Below, piece after piece: positions 51,301 through 64,000 of a DNA stretch of 64,000 nucleotides. The DNA is from Camelus ferus (taxonomy: Eukaryota), in the NCBI RefSeq assembly GCF_009834535.1, contig NC_045696.1, forward strand, positions 39,806,001-39,870,000. Direction: 5' to 3'. Within the stretch, counting starts at the first letter, position 1. The number at the start of each line of letters is the position of its first letter. Made by a program: the position numbers and the translations under genes. Under the pieces are notes generated by a model. It worked only from the letters and a program-made list of their open reading frames with translations. It was not told the DNA's origin and searched no databases.

Positions 51301-53130
51301 TTTAAAAAAAGAGTTAAAACCTATCCTTCTCAAACTATTCCAAAAATTGCAGAGGAAGAAATGCTTCTGAGATCATTCTATGAGGCCAACAGTACCCTTA
51401 TACCAAAACATCACAAAAAATAAAATTACAGGCCAATATTACTGATGAACATACATGCAAAACTCCTCAACAAAACATTAGCATACCAAATTCTATAATA
51501 CATTAAAAAGGTCATGCACCATAATCAAGTGGAATTTACCCCAGGGATGCTATGATGGCTTAATATCCACAAATCAATGAATGTGATACACCACATTAAC
51601 AAATTGAAGAATAAAAATCACTATGATAATCTCAATAGATACAGAAAAAGCTGACAAATTTCAACATTCATTTATGATACAAACTCTCAACAAAGTGGAT
51701 ACACAGGGAATATATCTCAACATAATGAAGACTATATATGACAAGCCTACAGCTAATACTACATTCAACAGTAGAAAGCTGAAAGCATTTCCTCTAACAT
51801 AAGAAGTAAGACAAGGATGCCCACACTGGACACTTTTATTCAACATAGTATTGGAAGTCCCAGCCACATCAATCAGATAAGAAAAAGAAATAAAAGGATT
51901 CCAAATTGGAAAGGAACAAGTAAAACTGTTACTGTTTGCAGATCACATGATCCTACACATAAAATATTATAAAGATGCCACCAACAAACTACTAAAGCTC
52001 ATCAATGAATTCAGTGAAGTTTCAGAATACAAAATTAATACACAGAAATCTGTGGCATTTCTATGTGCTACCAACAAAACATCAGAAAGAGAAATTAAGG
52101 AACCAGTTCCATTTACAATCCTACCAAAACAAAGAAAATACCTAGGAATAAACCTACTTAAGGAGATAAAAGACTGGTACTGGTAACACCAAAAGACACC
52201 GACAAAAGAATTTGAAGATGATACAAACAGATGGAGATATATACTGTGTTCATAGATTAGAAGAATTAATATTGTTAAAATGACCATACTCCTCAAGGCA
52301 TTCTATAGACTCAATGCAATTCCTACCAAAATACTTACAGCATTTTTCACAGAACCGGAATAAATAATTAAAAAATTTGTATGGAAACACAAAAGACCGA
52401 AAACAATCTTGAGAAATAAGAACAAAGCTGGAGGTACCATATTTTTTAAAATATGTCTCTTAAGGCAAAGGAAACAAAAGCAAAAATAAACACATGGGAC
52501 CTAATTAAACTTAAAAGCTTTTGCACAGCAAAGGAAATCATGGACAAAAACAAAAAGCCTACTGAATGGGAGAAAATATTTGCAAATGATATAACCGGTA
52601 AGGGGTTAATATCCAAAATATATAAACATCTCACACAACTCAACATCAAAAAACAAACAATGCAATTAAAAAATGGGCAGACAATCTAAACAGACATTTT
52701 TCCAAAGAAGACATACACATAGCCAACCGGCACATGAAAAGATGCTCAACGTTGCTAACTATCAGAGAACTGTAAATCAAAACCACAATGAGATATCACC
52801 TCACACCTGTCAGAATGGCTATCATCAAAAAGACCACAAATAACAAACTTTGTTGAAGATGTGGAGAAAGTGGAATCCTTGTATACAGTTGGTGGGAATG
52901 TAAATTGGTGCAGCCACGGTGGAAGGCAGTATGTAGGTTCCTCAAAAAACTAAAAATATAACTACCATATGATTCAGCAATTCCACCCATGAAAATCTGA
53001 AGAAAGCAAAAATATTAATTTGAATACATACATACACACCAATGTTTACAGCAGCATTATATACAATAGCAAAGATATATAAACAACTTAAGTGTCCATC
53101 GACATATAAAGGGATAAAGAAGATGTAAAC
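48340..53130 (+). mobile_element. Long, degraded LINE-1 (ORF1 about 48517-49385; ORF2 from about 49876), with an internal deletion near 52440 and no 3' terminus
   Basis: ORF1-like peptides MWQQRSMLQMKKQDK and IIKMLNKLGRRMD. ORF2 endonuclease-like FTSAHGTLSRMDYMLG. RT-like KSPRPESFTDD, QGCP and LFADHMIL. 3' [14 protein letters not shown]. Many stops and frameshifts. Confidence 0.95.
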
Positions 53131-53189
53131 TATATAAGGGTTTTAAATTTTATTTTAATTACAATAAGAAGCTTTTGGAGAGATTTAAG

Positions 53190-53790
53190 TAAGGATTTAC
53201 ATGATATGTATTCTAAGAAAGCACTGTGGTTCCTGGGAGGAGAATAGATCACAGAGGACCAGGAGTCAAAGCCAGAAATCCAATGTGGAAGTTCTTGAAA
53301 CAGTCAATGTTGATGGTGACTTGGCCTAGGGTGATGATTGCTGAGATGGAGCAAGGTGACAGGCCCATTACTGGTTTTGTAGATAGAGTCAATATGACTT
53401 GTTGAAATAGCCAAGGGTGGCAAGAAAATAACAAGAATTAAGAAAAATTATGTTTTTTAAGTTGAAAAATGGGTGGGGTGGCTGAGGATCCATTTTCTAA
53501 GATCATGAAGAGGTGGGAGGGATTAAATGAGATTCCTACTTGCCATTAAAAAGAGAGGTCAATTAAGTAATTAGATACACAAGTCATAATTCTTGAGAGA
53601 TTAGAGTTGGACATACAGATTTAGGAGCTTTAGGCATACAAGTGGGATTAAAGCCACACCACTGAAAAAGGCCACTTAGGAAGAATGTGTGGATATGGAA
53701 TGGTGCACACGTATATCTGTAAAGAGTCTGACAGATATCAGAGAAGGAGAAACCAGCAAAGAGTAAAGAGAAGAAAAGACATTGCCCTAA
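53190..53790 (-). mobile_element. L2 LINE fragment
   Basis: GATGGTGACTTGGCCTAGGGTG...TTTTGTAGATAGAGTCAA...GGACATACAGATTTAGGAG...AAGCCA. Confidence 0.6.
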
Positions 53791-53979
53791 TCATCAATTA
53801 TTATATTGGACTGCAATATTTCAACATTCTTATAAGCTATTGTAATACAAAAAATTTTTCTTCCCTTTCAGAGCTGCAATGTTCTCAAAGCTATTTATAG
53901 TATAAAAAGGTACCTTCATCTTTGCCAACTGTACTTTTTCTGACTACTATTGCTCATCCAAGATGTGAATTTTAATTTG

Positions 53980-55480
53980 CTGCGTCTATTATGTATCAAA
54001 AGATTAATTTCTTGTTGAATGGAGTAAAAAGGCTCAATTAGGCAAAAATGCTCACTCTCACCACTTCTGTTTAACATTGTACAGTTGATCCTAGTGTAAT
54101 AAGACAAGAAAACAAATAGAGGAAATGGGTAAAAAAAAAAAAAGCACAAGAATTGGAAAAGAGAAAACAAAACTATTACTATTTGCAAATGATGTTACTG
54201 GCTAAATAGAATACACCACAAAATCAACAGACTGTTATAATCAACAGTAGAGCTTAACAGAGTAGAGAAATATGAAACATAGAGAAATACACAAAATGAA
54301 GTGCCCTTCTATGCTGCAGCACAAGCCAAAAAAATATTTTTTAAAAAGGAAAATACTTACAATAGAGACAACAGAAAAGATATTTAGTAATAAATCTAAC
54401 AAAAGAGTTGCAGGAACTTTTAGGAAATACTTCAAAAACTTCAAAATAAAGATACCAATTCTCACTGAATTAATCTATAGATCCCACACAGTTCTATTCA
54501 AAAACTCAACTGGTTTTCTTTGAGGAACAGTATTCGCTCATTTTAAAATATATATGGAAGAATGGATGCCCAAGAGAGCCAAGCCATTCTAGAAGCAGGA
54601 TCAGGATAAGGTAGCATAAGGAGATTTATGCTACTAGATATTAATATTTATTATGTAGCTATTAGAATTAAGATAGTGTTTTATTGGGCACAGATGAACA
54701 TACTGACCTGAACAGACTGGAGAACCCAGAAGCAGATCTGGCATATATGAAAAATTGTTATAGGACCTAGGTGACATGGTACATCATTGGAAAAATGATC
54801 AATTATTACACATGGAAAAAATGAAACTGGATCTTACCTCAGACAAAGCACAAAACTCAGTTTGAGAGGGATTAGAAGAATTGAATGTGAAATGTAAAAC
54901 TTCAAGCTGTTTAGAGGAAGTGTAAGAGAATATCTTTACATTGGTCTAGGGAAGGATTTCTCAAATGTGACTCAAAACCACTAACCATTAAAAAAAAAGG
55001 AAAGCAGGAAACATTAAAATTAAGAACTTCTGTGCATCAGAAGGCACCATAAATACAGCAAAAATATGGGCCACAAACTTGGAGAATATGTTTACATTTT
55101 AAGTGGATGAAATAACTAGCATCCAGAATCAAGGTATTAGCATTGCACAACTTCAAGGTGGACAATCACATTCTGTTCTAAGTAAATGGCAGCCTCTGGA
55201 TTTAAGAATGTGTTTCTTGGAATTGTGTCACATGGTGACATTATGTAAAATGCATAAATAACTCATAAATAAAATAGTAATAAAACAAAATAGAATGAAA
55301 GACTTGAACAGACATTTCACAAAAGAGCAAAGAAAAATGGCTATACACATTGTAACAAGATGCTTCATAATAATTAGGAAAATGTAATTTAAGGTCATAA
55401 AGAGATATTAATTTATAGTGCTATTGGCAAATTTAAGCTAACAGACAATACTAAGGGTTGGTAAGACTGTAGATGAATTA
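53980..55480 (+). mobile_element. Old LINE-1 (L1M) ORF2 and 3' fragment
   Basis: CTCACCACTTCTGTTTAACATTGTAC, TATTTGCAAATGAT (FADD region), AAATTAAGAACTTCTG and AGACTTGAACAGACATTTCACAAAAGA. Confidence 0.8.
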
Positions 55481-56467
55481 GAGCCAGAATTATACTGTAT
55501 ATGTCTATTGATCAAATTTCAGATGTTTAACTTTCAACATTTTTCAGGAATGTGCTATATAGGAAAGTAGATGGAGGTTTCTTATAAAAGAAAAATTTTA
55601 ATAAAATCCCAAGTTCCACACAACTGAATAAAAGTGCCCTATTTTACAGAACAATATAAAAAATCAGTTGAGTAAATATATGGGTCTAACAAATAACTAA
55701 CTCCAAAAATGTCTCTAAATTTTATTTGAAAGTGAAAGATATAATTTATATACTTTTCTCTTAAGCATGGATGTGGATCCTTTCCTAAAATTCTCTGGTG
55801 GAATCTCATGTAAGCTAGCTCTCCAAAGTACAAATAACTCATTGTCTTTCCTTTTCTAAGATGCCTTGGTTTTTAATACACCACATACATTCAGCTTCAG
55901 GGTAGAAATGATCTTCTGAACTTTCCAAACCTTTCCAGAGGTTGGCTGAGTAACAGCCTGTCACATGAAAGAAAGGTAGTCTCATTTGAGAGGAATTTAA
56001 ATTTCATTAAGAAAGGGGGGCTGTTTCTAAACAGTCTTGCAGTCTGAGCTTTTTGCTTGTAGTACATGCCGCTCTTAAAAGTGGCTCAGTTTAATTGTAC
56101 GTAAAAAATAATCTTCCAAGGAAAATAATAAATACATTTCTAATTTTATCCTTGTGGAATTATTCCATTGGAAAAACTTATGTGAAGGCTTGGGACAGGT
56201 ATCCAAAAACAACTGGAAGTCTAGAGTTGGGGGGAGGGCACTCAGCCTGAATGTTTTGTCTGCAGGATCTGCACTTCTTTCATTTTAATCCTTCTAAATT
56301 TTGCTTGAGACATCTATGTTTTCTCTAACCTTTCCTTGGAAACATTTATTTTTAAAATTTAGTTAAGGATTATTTTCATGGGCCTGCTTTATAGAGTCTT
56401 GAGTGATATAGAAAAATGTTTTTATTTTTACTTTTATTTATCTAGGTATTTGCCCCAAATTCCAGGG

Positions 56468-56598
56468 CAGTTGTTCTTAATCTTTATGGGGCTATAAATT
56501 TCTTTGAGAATATAATAGAAGCTGTGATCCATCTCCCCTCAAAATTTTTTATAAGTACATGTACGTGGAAGGCTCTTGTAGTTCTCAGGTTAAACTAT
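56468..56598. mobile_element. hAT-Charlie MITE (MER103-like)
   Basis: CAGTTGTTCTTAATCTTT...CTTTGAGAAT...AAGCTGTG.TCC.TCTCCCC...CAGGTTAA. Confidence 0.45.
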
Positions 56599-58784
56599 TG
56601 TTTCCCCAGTCTTATTGAGATATAGACAGACATATAACCTTCTGTAAGTTACAAGGTATTAAATTGATACAGTTATACATTGCAAATGATGCCACCATAA
56701 CATTAGCTAACACTGCTCTCATGTCACATAAATATCATTTTTTATGGTGACATTTAGATTTACTCTCTTAGCCCCTTTTAAGTATATAATACAGTATTAT
56801 TAACTATAATCACCAACCTGTACATTAGACCCCTAGAAATTATTCATCTTATAACTCAAAGTTTCTACTGCTGTACAGAAGCTTTTTAGTTTGATGTAGT
56901 CCTACTTGTTTATTTGTTTTTGTTGCCTTTGCTTTTGGTGTTAGATCAAAAAAATTATTGCCAAGACCAATTTCAAGGAGCGTATCCCTGTGCTTTCCTT
57001 CTAAGATTTTTATGGTTTTTGTTTATCTTCAAGTTTTTAATCTATTTTGAGTTGATTTTTGTGTATGGTATTAGTTAAGGGTCCAGTTTAATTCTTTTGC
57101 ATGTATTATCCAATTTTTCCAGCACCATTTATTGAAGAGATTGTCCTTTCTCCATTCAGTATTCCTGACTCCCTTTTCAAATATTAGTCGACTGTATTAT
57201 GTAGGGGTTTATTTCGCTCCATTCTGTTCTATTGGTCTATGTGTCTACTTTTATGCCAGTACCATATTTTTTTTATTACTCTAGCTTTGTCACATAGTTT
57301 GCCATAGGGAAATTGGATGCTCCAGGTTTGACTTTTTACTCAAGATTGCTTTGGCTATTTGGGGTCTTTTGTGATTCCACGCAAATTTTAGGATTCTTTT
57401 TTCTATTTCTGTGAAGAATTCCACTGGAGGATTCATAACGATTACACTTAATCTATAGATGGCTTTGGGTAGTATGGACACTTTAACATTATTAATTCTC
57501 CCAATCCATGAGCACAAAATATCTTGCATATCTTGCCATTTATTTGTGTCTTCTTCAGCTTCTTTTTTCAATGTTATACTTCTCAGTTTATAGATATTTT
57601 TACCTCCTTGGTTAAATCCATTCCTTAGTATTTTATTACTTTTGATGTACTTTTAAATGGGATTATTTTCTTAATTTCTCTTTCACATACTTCATTGTTA
57701 GTGTATAGAAATGCAACTCATTTTTGTATATTGATTTTGCATCCTGCAGAGTTACTGAATATGTATATTAGTTCTAACAGTTTTCTGGTGGAGTTCATAG
57801 TTTTCTATATATACTATTATTACATCTCCAAATAGAGACAATTTCACTTCTTTATTCCAATTTGGATGTCTTTTCCTTCTTTTTCTTACCTAATCACTGT
57901 GGCTAAGACTATCAGTGCTATGTTGAATAAAAAAGGTGAGAGGGGTCATCCTTGTCTTGTTCCTGATCTTAGAGGAAGAGATTTCAGCTTTTTACCTTTG
58001 AGTATGATGTTAGCTCTGGGCTTGTCATATATGGCCTGTATTAAATCGAGATATTTTCCCTCAATCCCCAATTTGTTGAGTTATCATGAAAGGATATTCA
58101 ATTTTATCAAATGCATCTCCTGCATAGATTGAGAAGATTATATGATTTTTATCTTTCATTTTGTTAATGTTGTGTATCACACTGATTTGCAGATGTTGGA
58201 TCATCCTTGTATCCCTGGACTAAACCCCACTTGATCATGGCATACAATTTTCTTAATGGACTGTTGAATTCAGTTTACTAATATTTTAGTAAGAATTGTT
58301 GAATCTATGTTTATCAAGTGTATTGCTTATAACTTCTCTTCTTGTGGCATCCTTGTCTGTTTTTGGTATCAGTGTAATGCTGGCCTCATAAAATGAATTT
58401 GGAAATGTTCCTTTCTATTCTATTTTTTTGGAAAAGTTTGAGAAAGATTGCTATTAATTCTTCATTAAATGTTTGGTGGAATTCACAGTGAAGCCATCTG
58501 GTCCTGAACTTTTCTTTGTTTGAGAGGTTTTTGATTATTATTTAATCCCTTTACTAATAAATGGCCTGTTTGGATTTCTATTTCTTTATGATTCAGTTTT
58601 GACAGGTTGTATGTTTCTATCACTTTTGAAAATTTCGTCTAGTATGTCTAATTTGTTGGTGTATAGCTTTTTCACAGTAGTGTCTTAAGATTCTTTGCAT
58701 TTGTGTGGTATCAGTTGTACTGTCTCCTCTTTCATCTCTGATTTTATTTGAATCTTCTTTCTTCTTGGAGGATTTAGCTAAAGT

Positions 58785-60400
58785 GTCCTTTTAATTTTCT
58801 GAATGTTTTATTTTCACAATTTAAAAATTAAGTTATAACTGTCATATAACATTAATTTCATGTATATGACATAATGATTCAATATTTGTATACACTTTCA
58901 AATGATCACCAACATAAGTCTAACTACCTTCCATTACCATGTGATGAGAACTTTTAAGATTTACTCTCTCAGTAACTTTCAAATATACAATATAGTATTA
59001 TTAACTATAGCCACCATGCTGTATATTACATCCTCATGATTTATTTATTATATAACTGGATTTTTTTTACATTTTAACCCCTTCACCCAAATTGCATCCC
59101 TCACTCTGTCAAACATCAGTCTGTTCCTTGTATATATGAGCTTAGGTATTTTTGGTTTTGTTTATATTTGTTTGTTTAGATTCCACATATAAGTGATATC
59201 ATATGGTGTTTGACTTTCTCTGTCTGACTTATTCTACTTAGTATAATGCCATCAAGATCAATCCCTGTTGTGGAAAACAGCAAGATTCCATTTTTTGTTT
59301 GTGGCTGAGTAGTATTTCATTGTATGTACACGCACACCTACATACATACACACACCACAAGATGGACACTTAGGTTGTTTCCATATCTTGGGTATTGTAA
59401 ATAATGTTGAAAGGAACATGAGAGTTCATATATCTTTCTGAACTAATTTACTAATTTCTTCAGATAAATACCCAGAGAATTGCTAGATTATATGGTAATT
59501 ACAGTTTTAATATTTTGAGGAACATCCATACTGTTTTCCATAGTAGGTGCACCAATTTACATCCCCACCTATATTACAAGGCTATAGTAATCAAAACAGT
59601 ATGGTATTAACGTTAAAAACAGACACATAGACCAATGGAACAGAAAGGAGAGCTCAGAAATAAACCCTCTCATATATCATCAATTAATTTATGACAAAGG
59701 AGCCAAGAATACACAGTGGGAAAAAGACAGCCCTTTCAATAAATGGGTGTTGGAAAAACTGGAAAGCCACATGAAAAAGAATGAAATTAGACTGCTGTCT
59801 TACACTGTACATAAACATTAACTCAAAATGGATTAAAGATTTGTATCTAAGACCTGAAACAATAATACTCCTTGAAGAAAACATAGGCAGTAAGCTCCTT
59901 GACATCAGTCTTGGTGCTGAGTTTTTTGACCTGACTCCAAAAGCAAGGCAATTAATAAAAACTTAACAAGTGGGACTACATCAAACTAAAAAGCTTCTGC
60001 ATAGCAAAAAAAAATCATCCACAAAATAAAAGGCAATCTACTGAATGAGAGAAAGTATTTGCAAATAATATATCCAATAAGTAGTTAACATCCAAAATAT
60101 ATAAAAATCACATAGAACTCAACATCAGAAAAAAATATAGATTCAAAAATGGGCAGAGGACCTACATAGACATTTTTCCAATAGACATACAAATGGTCAA
60201 CAGACACATGAAAAGGTACTCAACAGCACTAATCATCAGGGAAATGCAAACCAAAACCAAAATACAATTATCACCTCACACCTGTTTTTTTTATTTTGTT
60301 TTTTATTTTTTCACCTCACATCTGTTATAATGGCTATTATCAAAAAGACAAGAAATAACAAGTGTTGGCAAGAATGTGGAGAAAATGGAACTCTAAAACA
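58785..60400 (-). mobile_element. 5'-inverted (twin-primed) LINE-1 nested in the host L1
   Basis: A minus-strand 3' segment (about 58810-59569) joins a plus-strand ORF2 segment (about 59570-60400). TSD TAGCTAAA at 58775 and 60401. Confidence 0.85.
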
Positions 60401-61000
60401 TAGCTAAAATTTTAATTTAATTATCTTTCAAAAAAACCAGCTCAGTTTTATTGAGATTTTCTATTTTCTTTTTGTTTTTTTATTTCTATTCTTATCTTTG
60501 TTATTTCTTTGCTACTAACTTTGGGCTTTGTTTTTCTGTTTTCTAGTTCCATGAGGTATAAAGTTAAGTTGTAAGTTCTTTCTTTCTTCTTGATGTAGGA
60601 ATTTATTGCTATAAACTTCCCTCTTTGAACAGCTTTGGCTGCACCCTGTAAGTTTACGTTGTGTTTCCATTTTCATTTGTCTTAAGATACTTCTCGATTT
60701 CTCTTTTGATTTCTGCTTTGACCTGTTGGTTGTTCAGCAGCATGCTGTTTAACCTCCACATATCTTTTAATTTTCCAGTCTTCTTCATGTAATTGATTTC
60801 TAGTTTCATACCACTGTGTTTGGAAAAGATGCCTGATATGATTTCAATCTTTTAAAATTTATTAAGACTTTTTTTGTGGCCTAATGTATGATCTTTCCTG
60901 AAGAATGCTGCATGTGCACTTAAGAGGAATGTGCATCCTGTTGCTGAAAAAAATATTCTGTTAATGTCTATTAAGTCTATCTGGTCTAATGTGTAGTTTA

Positions 61001-61885
61001 TTTTTTAAAATATTTTTATATCAGTTTTATTGAACTACAATTCACATATCATAAAATTCACCCATTTAAACTGTACAGTTCAGTGGCTTTTAATATATTC
61101 AGTTTCGCAATCATCTCCACAATTTTAGAACATGTTTATCACCCTCAAAAGAAACCCCACATCCCTTAAAAGTCAGTCCCTGTTTCCCTCTAACTCCCAA
61201 TGCAAACTCTAATATAATTCCTGTCTCTACGTAATTGTTTACTGTGGACATTTCATACAAATGGAGTCATATAATATTTAGTCTTTTGTGAGTGGCTTCT
61301 TTCACTTAGCATCATGTTCTGATGGACCATCCATGTTGTAGCATGTATTGGTATATCATTTTTTATTGTCAAATAATATTGTGCAGCTATACCACATTTT
61401 GTTTATCCATTCATCATCTGATGCACATTTGGGTTGTTTCCACTTCTTGGCTGTCATGACTAATGTTTATATGAACATTCATGTACAAGTTTTTCTGTGG
61501 ATGTATGTTTTCACTTCTTTTGGCATATACCTAGAAGTGGAATTCATCATTTTATTATTACAAATTTCAAATATACAACAAAGTTGAAAGAATTTTATAG
61601 TGAACATGATTCTCACCACCACCAAGCTTCTGCTGTTAACATTTTATTCTCCTTCCTTTATCACATACCTATCCAACTGCCTATTCTTCCAGCCAGCCAT
61701 CAATCAGCCTTATTTTTAAATGTATTTCAAGGTAAATGACATCAGTACTCTTTCCCCTAAATACTTCAGCATGTATATAATTAACTAGAGTTCAATATTT
61801 GTTTTGTCTCATTTCTTGTCAGATAATGTTTACATATGATGAAATACACAAATCTTAAGTGTATATTCACTAAGTTTTTTTTTTT
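61001..61885 (-). mobile_element. TSD-flanked composite insert of L1MB3-like and L1ME1-like 3' ends
   Basis: Perfect 14-bp TSD TAATGTGTAGTTTA at 60987-61000 and 61886-61899. The host L1 resumes collinearly after it. Confidence 0.85.
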
Positions 61886-64000
61886 TAATGTGTAGTTTAA
61901 ATCCAATGTTTCCTTATTGATTTTCTGCCTGGATGATCTATCCATTGTTGAAAGGGTGTTGAAGTCTTCTACATTGTTATATTGCTGTCTGTTTCTCCCT
62001 TCAGATATGCTAATATTTGTCTTATATTTTTAGGTGCTCATGTTGAGTGCATAAATATTTTTAAACGTTACAGCCTCTTGACAAATTGACTCCTTTATCA
62101 TTATATAACTCTCTTTAGCTCTTATTACAACATTTGGGTTAAAGTCTATTTTGATTGATAGACATATAGTAATCCCTGCTTTCCTTCAGTTTTCATTTGC
62201 ATGTAATATCTTTTTCCAATCCTTCATTTTCAGTCTGTGTAATTCCTTAAAACTTAGGTGAGTTTCTTGTAGGCAGCACATAACTGTATCTTATTTTATC
62301 CACTCAGCCACTCTACAGTCTTTTAATTGGAGAATTTAGTCTACTTTCATTTAAAGTAATTATTGATAGTTATGAACTTACTATTGCTGTTTTGTTAATT
62401 GGTTTCTGGTTGTTTTTAATTTCCTTGTTTCTTTCTTGTCCTCTTCCTTTGTGGTTTGATTACTTTCTCTAGTGGTGTGTTTTGATTCCTTTCTCTTACT
62501 CTTTTATGTATAAATTTTGTTTTGGTTACCATGAGGCTTACAAAAACACCTTAAATTTATAACAGTTTACTTTAAACTAATAACAATTTAACTCAGAACA
62601 TATAGAAAAGTAGTACATTTCTATACCTCCCAACATTTTATGTTTTTGATGTCACAGTTTATCTTTTGCATTGTGTATCCATAAATAAATTATTGTTTGT
62701 TATGAATATTTTTGATACTTCCGTCTTTTAATCATTATACTGGAGTTATAAGTGATTTTCCCACCACCATTACAATATTAGAGTATTCTGAATTTAACTG
62801 TGTATTTACCTCTACCAGTGAGATTTATACTATGTTTTTCTATTACTAATTAGCATCTTTTAGTTCCAGCTTGAAGTCCCTTTAACATTTTTTCTAAGGC
62901 TGAATTAGTGATGATGAACTCTTTCAGCTTTTCCTTGTTCATAAATTTCTATCTCTCCCTCAACTCTGAAGCATAACTTTGCCAGATAGAGTATTCTTGG
63001 TTGGGAGTTTTTTTTGTTTTTTGTTTTTTTTAAGCACCTGAATGTATCATACCACTCCTGGCCTGTAAAGATTCTGTTGAAAATCTGCTTATCTTCTTGT
63101 GGGGGATTCTCTTGTGTGTAACGAGTTCTTCTTGCTGTTTTTAGATTTTCTCCTTGTGTTTAATTTTGACAATTTAATTATAATGTGTCTCTTATTGTGG
63201 GTCTTTTGTGATTTATGTTATTTCAAATTCTCTGTGTTTCCTATTTCTAGGTATCTGTTTGTTGTACCAGGGTAGGGATATTTTTAGTCATTATATTTTT
63301 TACAGAAGCATTCTGCCCCTTTCTGTCTTTCTTTTCTTTCTGGGATTTCTGTAATGCAAATGTCGATTTTCTTGATGCTGTGCCATAAGTCCCCTAAGCT
63401 ACCTTCACTCTTTTTCATTCTTTTGTTTTCTTTTTGCTCCTTTGATTGCATGAGCTCCACTGCCCTGTATTCCAGTTCACTGATCCTTTCTTCTTTGGAT
63501 CTAGTCTGCTGTTGAATCCCTCTACTGAATTTTTCAATTAAGTTGTTCTATTCTTCATTTCTGTGATTTCTATTTAGTGTTTTTAAACATTTTCTTTCTT
63601 TTTGCTAAAACTCTCATTTTGTTCATGCATGGTCTCCTGACCTCAGTGAACCCTTATGGCCATTATTTTGAACTCTTTATCTTTTACTCTATCAGGAAAA
63701 TCACTGGTTACTCAGGTGAGTAGGAAGATTCTGTCTAGGATGATCTATTCTATCTGGGATGATTGGAAGCTTTTGCTTTCAATGAGTTGAATGAAATTTT
63801 GCTGTTGATATCACATCTGAACCAAGTGAAATGGAATTGTGAGTGTTTAACTGATAGGAAGTTTCCACAAGAGATAATGAATCCATTTCAAATAATTAAA
63901 CAAAGTTTGACAGAATTTATAGTTAAACACTTTTAGAAGTGTTCCCAGGGACATAGAACTGAGAAATTTATCATGGCAATGAGATGGCCGTTGCCTGTCA

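Larger units (their letters stand above)
56608..63680 (-). mobile_element. Near full-length degraded LINE-1 (L1MA9-like 3' end) hosting nested insertions
   Basis: 3' UTR TACAGTATTATTAACTATA.TCACCA..CTGTACATTAGA. Antisense ORF2 peptide [26 protein letters not shown]1-like sequence at about 62850-63680. Collinear across the inserts at 58785-60400 and 61001-61885. Confidence 0.92.

Noticed and set aside
52430..52460. Idea that the segment deleted from the plus-strand L1 moved to 59570-59950
   Set aside because: The 59570-60400 segment also covers sequence still present at 52460-52880 and is explained by twin priming of a separate L1.
48374..52990. Multiple ORFs on both strands
   Set aside because: They are fragments or antisense reads of a decayed L1. 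ORF2 has many stops and the RT FADD motif reads FADH.

Overview
AT-rich, CpG-depleted mammalian DNA, intergenic or deep intronic. It is most likely from a camelid, because it carries two tRNA-derived SINEs of the camelid Vic-1 type and cetartiodactyl-type L1 3' ends. I find no supportable host protein-coding gene, structural RNA gene or CRISPR array. The ORF track is explained by chance ORFs, microsatellites and decayed LINE-1 ORF1/ORF2. The window is dominated by transposable elements. Ancient MIR, L2, L3 and DNA-transposon MITEs occur throughout, along with MaLR/ERVL LTRs. Five ERV1-type solo LTRs cluster at 11.4-16.2 kb, and a LINE-1 block spans about 48.3-63.7 kb. The most notable structures are: (1) an 885-bp TSD-flanked insert built from older L1 pieces inside a younger L1, a probable orphan 3' transduction; (2) two LTRs joined tail-to-tail with TSDs offset by 1 bp; (3) a twin-primed 5'-inverted L1; (4) several tiny poly(A)-tailed insertions; (5) two local dispersed duplications; (6) a degenerate ~55-bp tandem array. 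I see no evidence of a new multi-gene biological system. Repeat family names come from recalled consensus sequences and need RepeatMasker/Dfam confirmation.
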